Origin: Camelus ferus
Lineage: Eukaryota
Direction of reading: 5' to 3'
Assembly (NCBI RefSeq): GCF_009834535.1
Contig: NC_045696.1
Span: 28,460,001 to 28,524,000, forward strand
Length of the DNA stretch: 64,000 bases
Positions within the stretch are counted from its first letter, which is position 1, and each line of letters opens with the position of its first letter. Under the pieces are notes generated by a model. That model was not told the origin of the DNA. It ran no database searches and was given only the letters and a program-made list of their open reading frames with translations. This document shows positions 40,591 through 51,860 of the stretch, piece by piece. The position numbers and the translations under genes were made by a program.

Positions 40591-41248
40591 TACTTTTATG
40601 ATAGGAATATGATTATGTTTCTCCTTTCCAAAATTTCTCAAATAAATTTCCATCACACATAATATAAAAAAGACAAAAAGGTAACACCTTACCACAGAAG
40701 ATATAAAAATAGTAACTAAACATATAAAAAGACCCTCAACACTGTATATTATTTGAGGACTGCAAATCAAAACAATGAGATACCACAACATTTCTATTAC
40801 AATGACTGAACTCCAAAACACTGACAGCACGATTTCCTGGTGTGGATAAGGAGCAACAGGAACTCTCATTCATTACTGGTGGGAGGACAAAATGGTATAG
40901 TCAGTACCATGGAAGACAGTAGCAATTTTTTCACAACCTAAATATACTCTTACCGTAAGACCTAGCAGTTATGCTCCTTGATATTTACCCAAATGATCAG
41001 AAACCTATGTTCACACAAAAAGCCTGCACATGATTCTGTGTAGCAGCCTTATTCATACTTGCCCAAATTTGGAAGTAGCCAACGTGTCCTTCAGTAGGTG
41101 AAAGGATAAACAAACTAAACTGTGGACCATCCAGACAATGGAATACTACTCAGCACTAAAAGAAATGAGCTATCAAGTCATGAAAAGACATAGAGGAGAC
41201 TTAAATGCATATTGCCAAGTGAAAGAAACCAATTTCAAAATGCTACAT

Positions 41249-41623
41249 TATATTTGCCTGCCAGGGCTGTTCTAACAGAATGCCACAGGCTTGGTGGCTG
41301 AAGTAGAAGTTTATTTCACACTTCTGGAGACTGAAAGTCCAAGCTCAAGGTGTCAAGGGTCTGGTTTTTCCTGAGGCCTTTCTCTTCGGCTGGGAGAGGG
41401 CCACTTTCTTGCTGTGTCCTCACCACCCTTTCCTCTGTCACACGCATCCCTGGTACATCTTTCTCCTCTTACAAGGACACTGATTATCTCAGATTATGCC
41501 CCACGCTGATGACACAACTTAATCTAAATTACTAACTTAAAGACCTTGCATCCAAATGTAGTCACAGTAGGGGTTAGGACTTCGACATACACATTGTTGG
41601 AGGACACAGTTCAGTCTATAATA
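41249..41623 (-). mobile_element. MaLR LTR (MLT1A/B-like)
   Basis: cagggctg...ttctggagactgaaagtccaagctcaaggtgtc...ggttaggacttc...ggacacagttcagtctata. Confidence 0.9.
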
Positions 41624-41859
41624 GCTCTATTCTTTATGATTCCAACTATATGGCATTATGAAAAAGACAAAGCTATGGAAATAGTAAAAAGATCAGTGGT
41701 GTCCAGGGATCAGGGAGGAGAGAAGGATCAAGAGGCGACCACAGCAGATTTTTAGGTCAGTGAAACGACTCTGTGTGATACTGTGATGGCGGATATATGT
41801 CAGTATACATTTGTAGAAACCCACGGACTGCACAACAGGGAGTGAACCCTGAGGTAAAT

Positions 41860-42503
41860 TGCTGCGTCCAGCTGCAGCTCGGGACCGTGTCTGAGGACGG
41901 GTGACGCAAGACTTAAGAAACAAAGAGACAAAGTAAAGAGCAAAGATGGGACCAGGGGACTCAGGATCTCGTGGATCTAGAGCACCGAAAGCCTGGTCAA
42001 CATCATATTTATTAGGAGTATACAGCTCAGAAAAAAATGTGATCAAAAAGCTGGGGCTTTAGATATTCCATGCGCTAAGCACTAAGTTCTGCTTGCTGAT
42101 TAACTGATTAATTTCAGGCCTGTCCCTTCCAGGAACAATCACCCTCCTCCGGGTATGCAAAATTTCTATATCTATCCTGTTATTGCCTCCGGGACATCTT
42201 GAGATAGCAAATATTCCCCCTGGGCTTAACCGCATGCTTTCATGCCAGAACAAAGTTGTTAATGGATGATCTGGCTTTCCGGGACCAGCCATTGTTTCAC
42301 CCTAAGGAAATATCTGCCCTCCTTCGTGCCCTTATGGTCAACCTCAGGATTGCTCACCACATATTTTCTTTAGCATAATACGTGCTATAGGTCATCTACT
42401 GTGTAAAACATTAAAACAAAGCAAACATGTGCATTTTAAGCAAGCAAGTGTGTATATAATATTTTAAGCTCATGGAAATTTAGGTGCGGCTTGTTTTCCA
42501 GCA
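41860..42503 (-). mobile_element. ERVK/betaretrovirus-type solo LTR (644 bp)
   Basis: Ends tgctg...cagca. Perfect 6-bp TSD gtaaat (41854-41859, 42504-42509). Antisense AATAAA at 42008-42013. CpG-rich. Class inferred from TSD length. Confidence 0.85.
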
Positions 42504-42724
42504 GTAAATTACGGACCTTAGATAATAATGCTGTGTCAATGTAGATTCCTCAGTTACAACAAATGTACCTCTCTGGCGAAGGATGTTAATGGTGTAGGAG
42601 GCAGTGAGTGTGAGGGGCATAGAACGTATGGGTACTCTGTAATTTCCTGCCCAATTTTGCTCTGAACCAATAACTTATTTAAAATGTAAAGTATATTAAA
42701 CAACAACAACAACAATGAAGGTAC

Positions 42725-43197
42725 TGCATTAACTTCCTAGGGCTGCTCTCACAAGGTACCATACCCTGGTAACTGAAAAACAATGGAAACGTATTGTCTC
42801 CGGGGTCTGGAGGCTGGAAGTCAGAGATCAGTGTGTTGGCAGAGGCATGGAATCTCCCTTTGAGACGTGTAGGTGAATCCTCCCTTGCCTCTTCCTGGCT
42901 TTGGACTGTTTGCTGGCAATCGTTGGTTTTTCTAGGTTTACAGCTGCCTAACTCCAATCTCCGCCTTCATCACCACATGACATTCACCTGTGTGTCTCTG
43001 TGTCTTCACAAGGATGTCTCCTTATAAAGGCACCAGTCTTAATAGATTATCGACCCACCTTATTTCAGTATGACTTCATCCCGACCAATTACATGAGCAA
43101 TGACTATTTTCGAATAAGGTACATTCTGTGATACTGTGGGTTTGGGCTTCAACATAGCTTTTTTCTCACAGGAGGGGATGCAGTTCAAACCATCGCA
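42725..43197 (-). mobile_element. MaLR LTR (MLT1C-like)
   Basis: tgcattaacttcctagggctgc...tctggaggctggaagtcagagatc...cttgcctcttcctggcttt...cttataaaggcaccagtc...gggcttcaacata. Confidence 0.88.
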
Positions 43198-43199
43198 TT

Positions 43200-43650
43200 A
43201 CCATGATCACATGGTTGTTGACTTTATGGCCTCTGACCTCCCTCTAAACTCAATTCCTGCCCATCTGCTCTTCAGCCATTAAAATAAGGCCACATGGGCC
43301 TCACTGTTCTGCAAACTACCAAAGATGTTTCCACACCAAGGTCTTTGCATGTGTGATTTCTTCTGCTTGGAATACCCTTTCCTGGAGATAGGTGTGTGCC
43401 TCCTTCCTTCACTTCACTCAGATCTCAGCTCAGAAATGCTCTCCTGAGAAAGTCTTCTCTGGCCAACCGTGCTGCCATGTGGTATCTCCTTTATTTCTCT
43501 TTGTAGCACTTCTTGTTGCTTGATGTTTGTTTTTATTTAATATATATCCCCATTCAAGAACGCAGGGGGGTGTTGTATCTCCAGACACTGGAATGGCTTA
43601 GCACATGGTACAGTACTCAAGGATATACACTGAATGAGTGAATGATAAGT
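43200..43650 (+). mobile_element. L2 3' end (continuation of 40200-40590)
   Basis: aggtctttgcatgtgtgatttcttctgcttggaat...cttcactcagatctcagctca...gcacatggtacagtactcaa...tgaatgagtgaatga (L2 tail). Confidence 0.8.
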
Positions 43651-45245
43651 CTGAGGAGATAACCAATAAATAGTTCAATCACCAGCCTCAGCCCATGAGA
43701 CCCAGGATAACCTGAAAACTCTCATACTCTCTGCCAGGGCATAGTTCGTATGCCATTCTTTGTCTGTATCTTTCTTAATTGCTGACTGAGTTTCTCTCTC
43801 ATTAGACTGAAATTCTTTCCTTTGCAAAATCTGGTTCCTAAAGTGAGATTAAAGAAGAATATTCCTATATCATCAGTGTTTTTTCTAAAAAATTCTTAAC
43901 TCCCCTAAAAGTACATAAAAAAACCCTAAATATATATAAAATTAACCCCCTCTAAACGTATCTAAAGGTTAAGGAAAAAAATTCCTTAATCCCCCTAAAA
44001 GTATATAAATCATGATTCAATCGTGATTTTAGAGTATGAACCTCTGGATAGCAAAATGTGTATACAAATGTAAAATGTGTACTGTAACTCATGACAGATT
44101 AAAGAGTTCATGTTCAAAATATGATCCTGCAGCCTCTACGATTATCTAAATAAAAAAGAGAGAGATTTGGTACAAATGTGACTGTGTAGGTTAAATGTGA
44201 AAATAACATAACAGCAGCCTGCCCCTGACAAGGCTTCATGGTGTGACCCTCAAGGGAACATCCATTATGGTAGCTGTGTCTGGTTGGGTTATTTCCCTTC
44301 TTCATAATGAGGCATTGTGCTGAAGTGAGAGCAAGGTGCTTCGGTCACTAAGGATAACTTTATTTTATTAGATTACTAATAAGTTTGTGCTCTTGGTTTA
44401 TCATAATATTCCTTGTCAAATATCTGGTTCATCTGACCAACCCTTTTATTTAATTGGCCCTTTGAGTGTAGCCTTTTCCTTGGGTGCCCTCTGAGTCCAT
44501 TGCCAGGACCAGCTTGGGTAGCAAACATGATGCAGTTCTCAAGTTATGCCTGCTGGGAACCCACTGCTGCTGCTGAACAGAGCAATGAACTTACACAATT
44601 TCAATTGTACAAAATCTCTCTTTCGTTTATGCAGTTGCGAATGCTGCACACTGCCTCGTGCCCCTCAGGACATTTCATCGAATGCACTAGCCCAGAAGGT
44701 AAAGGAAAACTTTTCCTCTTCTACTTCTTGTAGAGTGACAGCTGTAAAGCCTGTCCACAAAACTGCCTCCTATGTCGCCTATTAGACTCACAGGATTATG
44801 TTAACATTGCCCAGAGACATACAACTTTGAATAACCACATGTTCCTGAACCAACTCTGCAACGCTTTATATAAAAGAGGGCATCTATTACACATTCCCTG
44901 TTTATTATCAGAGTTCTAAATCACTTTCTCAAGTCTTTCATGTACTTCCTTACTCCTTATTTCTAATTCTCCTAGACATATGACTTAATTGTGGTCTACA
45001 ATGTATCCTTTGAAGCTGAGCATTTTTCCCCATTCCTCTAGATGGGATCTTGGCCCCCTTCAGTGATGAACCTGGATAACCTCCGCAGCTATGTAACCTC
45101 CAGCTGCCTGGTGCAAATACTCGTCTTGTTTTTGCAACTCCTAGGATACTTCTCCCCAGCATTTCCATGTGCAGGGGAGATACCGCTAGCTTCAAGAGTT
45201 AGAGCTGGGCAGATTTCAGAGATATTGTGATTCACATATTTTTAT

Positions 45246-45316
45246 AAGAAAGAAAGAAAGGAAGAAAGAAAGAAAGAGAGAAAGAGAGAAAGAGAGAAGG
45301 AAGGAAGGAAGAAAAA
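45246..45316. repeat. Polypurine (GAAA/GGAA) simple repeat
   Basis: About 70 nt of pure A/G. Confidence 0.95.
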
Positions 45317-46369
45317 CCTTCCTCCTGTTTCCTTCTGTCTAATATCACACACAAACACACATCCAGACCACTTGCTATTCATAAATACTCTCGTGGTGCC
45401 CTGCACGAACGAGACATTTCCATCTACAGGCCATGTGCAACTACTTGTTTTCTCAATAGTGAAGGGGTTGATTTCATCTATCCATATGGTCACAGCATCC
45501 TCCTGTGACTAGGCAAAGGCATTCATAACACAGCTGCCCAGCTTTAAGGGCTCGTGCTTTGAAATAGAACAAACTGCACAATCTGGAAACAAACCCCAAG
45601 ACTACGTTTGTTTTAGAAGCTCTCTAATGAACAGAAATAAATATGCCAAAAGAAGCCAACTGTCCCTAAAGCTATGCTGCTTGTCCTTATACGTGCTTTT
45701 GAGTTTCACAAAAATGGCTCAGGCTTGAGAATTTCATGTCGACATTTTTAAGTCTTTTCAGAAAATAGTAATGATTTCAGTGACAGTCCCCAAAAAACCA
45801 AAGCAATGATATTAGGAAGAAACTGAACTCGACCTGTTTGTTCTTAATCCTCAATGTATAAGTGATGTCAAAGAAAATCACCTTTTATAACATTCTATGT
45901 CTGATGAATTATTTTTCTCTAAAAGAGCTACCGAAAAAGAAGAGTTTTCGTTTTGGGGGAAAAAATAGCCATGGGTAATATCAAACAACAGCACAAAAAT
46001 CATGCTCTTTTAAAATAAAATCTCTTAAGTTTGGGAGTATCTTAGTGTTTTATCAGACAATAATAAAATACAGATGCATGTCTATGAAAATTTTGAAACC
46101 CTAATTCTGTCCTAATTCTACCACTGAACTATCCGGAGATTTTTTTTTTTAAAAACACAGTGACTATCTCTCATGTTTCAATTTGGTGAAAATGAGCTCA
46201 ATTAGGTCCTTCTACAGTCTATTTTATATGTGTATGGTCAGTAGCTAGCAGACACCAGAGAAGCACTTCTACAAATTTTTCTGGAATTAATATAATTAAC
46301 AAATCTTTAATTTACTGATGTATGCTATATGTAAATCCTTCTTATAAGGGCTACACTTTTAAATAATCA

Positions 46370-47960
46370 ACTATTGAGGCATACAGAACAAAATGCTTCC
46401 ACTTTAAAGCTTTGTCAAATGTATAACAGCTACCTGAATCAAGGCACAGAATATTTCCATCTCCCCAAAAAAGGATTTTTCCCCCCTTTTGCAGCAAATC
46501 TCCATTCCTTTCTCAATTTGTGGCTTTCAAGTACCCACTCACCCAGTTCCTATTACTATGTATTTGTACTTTCTGGAGTTTAATGTACATAGAATTATTC
46601 AGTAGGCAATTTTTTTTATGTCTGGTTTTCTTCGTTCAGCACTAATGTTTTTTTTAAATTGATATATATTGTTGCACCTACCAGTAGTCTGTCCGTTTTT
46701 GTTGCTGAGTACAGTGTTTCAATATCCCATCATTTGTTTAACCCTTCCCCCGCCCCACTGTTGGGCATCTGAGTTGTTTTCAGTTTAGGAATGCTATGAT
46801 AACAACTGATAAAAATTCCTGTACAAGTTGTTATGTGGACGTATGTTTGTATTTCCCTTGGGTGAATACCTAAGAATAGCTTTGCTAAGTTCTATGCCAA
46901 GCATATCATTAATTTGATGAGATATACTGATTTACAATCTTGCCACAGGGTATGAGAGTACAAGCTGTTTCAAATCCTCATCAACACTTGTCATGGTCAA
47001 TCTTTTAAATTTTATTCATCCTAAATTGCTGTGGTATTTGGTTGTAATTTTAATTTCCACTACTTAATGACCAATGCTAATAAGTACCTTTTCATGTGCT
47101 TATTGGTCATGGGTATATTTTGTTATGTGAAATGAATGAACAAGTATTTTGCAGTTTTTATTTGGTCATTTGTTTTCCTATTAATATTTGTAAAGATTCT
47201 TTATGCTCTTTTATTTAAATTGAAGAATAGTTGATTTGAAATGTCGTGTTGGTTTCTGGTGTACAGCAATGTGATTCACATATATGTATTTTTTCCATAT
47301 TATTTGCCATTATGGTTTATTACAGGATATTTAATACAGTTCCCTGTGCAGTTCCCTGTACAGTAGGGCCTTGTTATTTATCTATACTTTATACAGTAGT
47401 TTGCATCTGCTAATCCCAAACTCTTAATTTATCCCCCATCCCCTACCCCCTTTGGCAATCATAAATTTGTTTTCTATGTCTGTGAGTCTGTTTCTGTTTT
47501 GTAAATAGGTTCATTTGTATCATATTTTAGATTCCACATATAAGTGATATCACACAGTATTTGTCTTTCTCTTTCTGACTTACTTCACTTAGTATTGTAA
47601 GGATTCTTTATATATCAGGATATAAGGCCTGCATTAGATACATGTACTGAAAATATTATCTTCCAGTCTTTTCTTTTCTTTCTTTCACAGTATCTTATAA
47701 AGAAGAGACATTTAAAATTTTTGATAAAGTATAATTTATTTTTTTCCCTTGAATTTAGTCATTTTGATTCTTAAGAGATTTTCTTACAGTACATCTTGAA
47801 ATTACATAGTGTAAATCTTCAAATTTTGTTTTACCAAAAAAGGCTTTTCTAGGTACTTTGAGTTTTCAAAAATATTTTATTTTTATTCAATTTTCTTTTA
47901 ATCCAATTACATTTACGATCAATGTGTCTAGTTCTACAAATAGTCTCTTGGGATTTGGCT
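46370..47960 (-). mobile_element. Old L1ME/L1MB 3' region
   Basis: cacagaatatttccatctccccaaaa, ttgggcatctgagttgttttcagtttagg and atcctcatcaacacttg. Confidence 0.8.
47205..47594 (-). mobile_element. Cetartiodactyl-type L1 3' end nested in the old L1
   Basis: ttctatgtctgtgagtctgtttctgttttgtaaat...tttagattccacatataagtgatatc. TSD ttgtaaagattctttat (47188-47204) / ttgtaaggattctttat (47595-47611). Confidence 0.9.
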
Positions 47961-48307
47961 ATGGATTATATTTTCTTTTAACCCTTGAACATTTTTGTAT
48001 TACATGTCTTTTAAAAGTTTTGTCTGCTACCTTTATTATTTTTCTCTCCTCTACAATATGTGATCAAACCTTAAGGTGACCCATATGCAAATTTCTGGAA
48101 TTTTCCTCTGAGTTTCTTTCCCCACTGTGTTTTGCAAATTTCATCTTCCTCCGTGTCTCTGAATTCTGATATATCTTATCTGACACCTTTACTGAGACTC
48201 TCATGTTCTGTTGCATTCTGTTCTGTCTCTAAGCTGGAGTGGCAGCGTACCTCCAGATGAACAGGCAGCTCAGGAATTTGTGGCTTCAGCTAATTTGTTT
48301 TTCATTT

Positions 48308-48825
48308 TGAGACAGGAGGGAAAGGGGCAGGGCACAACCACTGAAGGAATGACATAGCAGTTGAGGACAGGACAGACTGGTTAGAACCAAGATAGCAGAA
48401 GACTCCACTTCCAGGAGACCTTGAGCCTCATGGCACACCCACAGGAAACATGACAGTCCCTAGGCTGATCATAAAAGGTCAAAAAGCAGGTGGGACCCCT
48501 ATTCCTGGAAATCCCTGCCCCTTCCCCAAAGTACTTGGAATAATCCTCCTACTTGTTACCATATGAAATTACTGAGCCCATAAAAACTAACAGCTCCATC
48601 TGCACCTGGGGCTGGGGTGGTTCCCTCTCTTTTGCCTTCTGAGAATTCCTGCATTCTGCCCATGGAGTGTGTATCTCCTAAGCCACTCTCCCATCGGAGT
48701 GCAACCGACCACATTCTGTCTACAGAGTGTGTATCTCTCTAAATAAACTTTCTTTCACTTTCCTATGCCTCACTCTTGAATTCTTTTCCTGCACGAGGCT
48801 AGAACCTATATATACTCTGGCAACA
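48308..48825 (+). mobile_element. ERV1 solo LTR, MER41-like
   Basis: tgagacaggaggg...attcctggaaatccctgccccttcccc...gaataatcctcc...catatga...aataaactttctttcacttt...ttgaattcttttcctgcacgagg...ctggcaaca is colinear with the recalled MER41 consensus. Flanks attt / tttt. Confidence 0.85.
48502..48510. promoter_or_regulatory. Candidate STAT GAS motif TTCCTGGAA in MER41-like LTR
   Basis: Exact TTCCNGGAA at the position homologous to a MER41 STAT1 site. Function untested. Confidence 0.45.
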
Positions 48826-50400
48826 TTTTCACCGTGATCTCTTAGAGACCATCAACTACTGTAATCCACTCAGCTATGCAGCCATAGATTGAGACTCTGG
48901 GGGACCAAGCAGACAACAGGCCTCAGGAGAAAGAACAGCAGCAAGTTGCTCTTAGAGTTTTGAGACATCTGAGTTCCATGCAACAAGAAGCTAAGAAATA
49001 AGTTCTATTAAACATAGCTGGAAGCTGGAAGCAAAAGATTATAGATTACAAACTTATATGGTAAAATCAGAGTAAGTGTTTTATTTTCTGCTTCTGGGGT
49101 GTACTATCTACGAAATAATCAACACAAAGTATTTGAAATGTGTTTCTAATATATAAATTCTTTACAAAAACATTCCTTCTACCAGTGTGTGAATGAAATA
49201 GTTCTTCTCCCCTTCCTTCATTTTGAGAATATATCTTCTGGTCATTCTCTTCCTGTCAAGTTAATTTTCTTTTGATGGGTTTAGTTTTTCCTTTTAAAAA
49301 TCTTGCTCATGCTCTGAGTTGATGCTTCTCTTATTTAAGTTTTTAGTTTTTATATTCATTTAATTTTAGCCTTAATTTCTTAGCTCTAATATTTAAAATA
49401 TTTCACATTTTAGCTCACCATTTTAAATAACATTTATTTTAGCCCTTTGTATTTTTACACATCTCTACCTTCTTTTAGCACTATTTCCATTTTTTAATTG
49501 TAATTGTCTCTAGACAGTTGGTTTAATTAATATTAGCTACCTTAATTGTTTTAGAAATTATTTATTTCAAATTTTTGTCTCTAATGTATTCATCTAATTT
49601 TAAGCTAATATGCTCCCAAGAACTTATAATTTTATATTAATTATCCATTCCTTTTTTCCAGTGTTATTCTTATGTTATAGTCAATAAATTTATTATTTTT
49701 CTAATAATTCTGATAGAGTTTATAGAGGATGAAAGATCCAAGAGCAACTTCAAATCCATTACCCATTAATGATTTAGTCCCAAATTCTTACCTCAGTTTA
49801 CAAAGGAGACCTATAAAAGAGTGATTCTTTACCCAGTCATTTAAAAATTACTGAGCGATAGAAAACTGCCTGAATTAGGTCTTCTCTTACATATTTATGA
49901 GATTCCCAAGGGTAAGCAGTACATTTTCATTAGACGATTTAGTTCCTTCAAGAGTAATCAGACAGTTGCTTCAGAAAACAAAGTGTTTGCAAAATAACAC
50001 AGTGCTAACCTAATGTTTTCTTGTCTACAGGATTCAAGTGCATATTTGAACACTAAAGAATCAAAAAGAGCTCTCCTGGAATTCAGTTCAGCTCAAAAGA
50101 GCTTACTGGTTGGAGAAAGGGACAAGACCCATCCTTCCACAAATTCAGCATCACTGTGGTGCTCCAGCATCACTCACCAGTCCTGAGGAACTCAACTGCC
50201 TCCGTAGTAAATATGGGTCATCCTGATGGTGATAAATGCATATGCCTTATGATTTGATGATGCCCACTGCTTTGCCCAGGGTCAAATTTCTGAAAAGAGT
50301 TGAAAGGTGGAACAACTTTTTCTTTATACCACTGAAAGTCCTCAGGTTTAAGAGGTACTGTTGCTAACAACCTGCTGCAAAGGTCCAGCACCTTGTCTGG

Positions 50401-50993
50401 TGTGGATTCTGACCGGCAGAAGTCCCACCGAGATGGAATGAATTACTCGAAACTGTGGAAAGTCAAGAGAGCGAGAGGGAGTTGGGAGCCAACTCCACAA
50501 GTCTCTCAAATGCTCCCACATTTATTGTGTATAGTCAAAGAAAAAATCATTAACAGCTGTGTGGTGGAATGCAGGAATTTAGGGAAAGACAGGATGGGAC
50601 AGAGATTGTAGAAGTCACAATGAGTACAAAGGCTTTGTTTAGGGAAGTCATGGGGAGAGGGGAACAAGATACATTCTTATACATCTGTTAAAGCAGACCA
50701 CCAGACCAGACCAGCCAGGTCCTTGCTTTGGAGATAGAAGACTATCTAACAGCAGGCACGCCCAGCGTTTATAGCCGAGGGCCTGGGTCTTGCTTTGAGA
50801 CCGAGCAGAGTGCTACCTAAAACCTCAACTATGCAAGCAAGGCATTGTCTCTGCTTTTTACGGCAAGGAGACAGGAGTGTGGATGCATAGGCGCCTGCTT
50901 GCAAAGCAGTTACCAAGCACATTTATTCTTCTTAAAGGAGATGAGCAGGCTGGGGTCTTTTACAATTTGTTAACCCAATCATGGGCTTCCACA
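50401..50993 (-). mobile_element. ERVK/betaretrovirus-type solo LTR (593 bp)
   Basis: Inverted ends tgtgga...tccaca. Perfect 6-bp TSD gtctgg (50395-50400, 50994-50999). Antisense AATAAA at 50521-50526. Class inferred from TSD length. Confidence 0.85.
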
Positions 50994-51303
50994 GTCTGGA
51001 GCCCAGGAATGATGTGAGGGAAAGTGTAAGCCATAGTTTTCTCCCCTCCAGTCTGAAGTTAGGGGTCTGAGAAAGAATAATGTGCATATAAATGGAATCC
51101 AAGTCTTAGAGGACATCAAAGAGGGAGTTAAGTTAATTCTTGTATAACCTAGATGTTCAAATTAGCATACAATCATTTCAGCTTTTCTAAATAAAGCTGC
51201 TTAAAAAATAGCTATCAGGGTTTAGGACAGAGGTTTTTGGAGTTTTTCAAAACTAGATGTTCTGTTGGTTTCTCCTATAGGATTTATTGGCAGGAAAATA
51301 AAA

Positions 51304-51467
51304 GAGAGCTCTGGTATCTCTTCCTCTTCCTATTGGATTAGGTCAGACCCTGATGACCTCATTTAACCTTAATCATCCCCTTAAAGGCCCTATCTCTAAA
51401 TACAGTCACATTGGGTACTAGGGCTGCACATGTGAGCTTTGAGGGGACACAACTCAGTCCTTAGCAC
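51304..51467 (-). mobile_element. MLT1A-like LTR fragment
   Basis: ccctgatgacctcatttaaccttaatca...tctctaaatacagtcacattggg...ggggacacaactcagtccttagca. Confidence 0.85.
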
Positions 51468-51474
51468 CTACTGT

Positions 51475-51860
51475 TACAAGCATCCATGTAATGAAATTCA
51501 GAACCAGAGGTTGAAGTGAAAAAAGCTGCAGAAATCATGAAAACATTTCACAAAGTTAAAAAACACAACACAAAGTACTATATACTTGAGGGGTATATAT
51601 GTAATTCATGTATGAAAACTATAATAAAAAAAGGAAAATTACAAAACCCATTCTGGGCTTACTTGTCAACCTTTGCTGTAGTGGGAGAGGGCGGTGACTG
51701 CAGCTGAAAGCACAAGGAGGTCCTCAGGAAGGATGATGTCTGCGGCTTTAATTGGCTGGTAGATGTATGATACCTTATCTTATTATTCCTCATAACTTAC
51801 ATTTCAAATTCCATACTTCCTAGCCTAATATATCATCTATTGTAAGATATTGTCTTAATT
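51475..51860 (+). mobile_element. Old L1ME 3' end
   Basis: gttgaagtgaaaaaagc...aaaactataataaaaaaagg...gtgggagaggg...ttggctggtagatgtatg. Confidence 0.55.

Larger units (their letters stand above)
40660..42717 (+). mobile_element. L1MC-type 3' end, interrupted by MLT1 and an ERVK-type LTR
   Basis: tgcaaatcaaaacaatgagataccac, ggagcaacaggaactctcattcatt, agtgaaccctga[LTR]tacggacc...aacaaatgtacc, then a (CAA)n tail. Confidence 0.9.
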
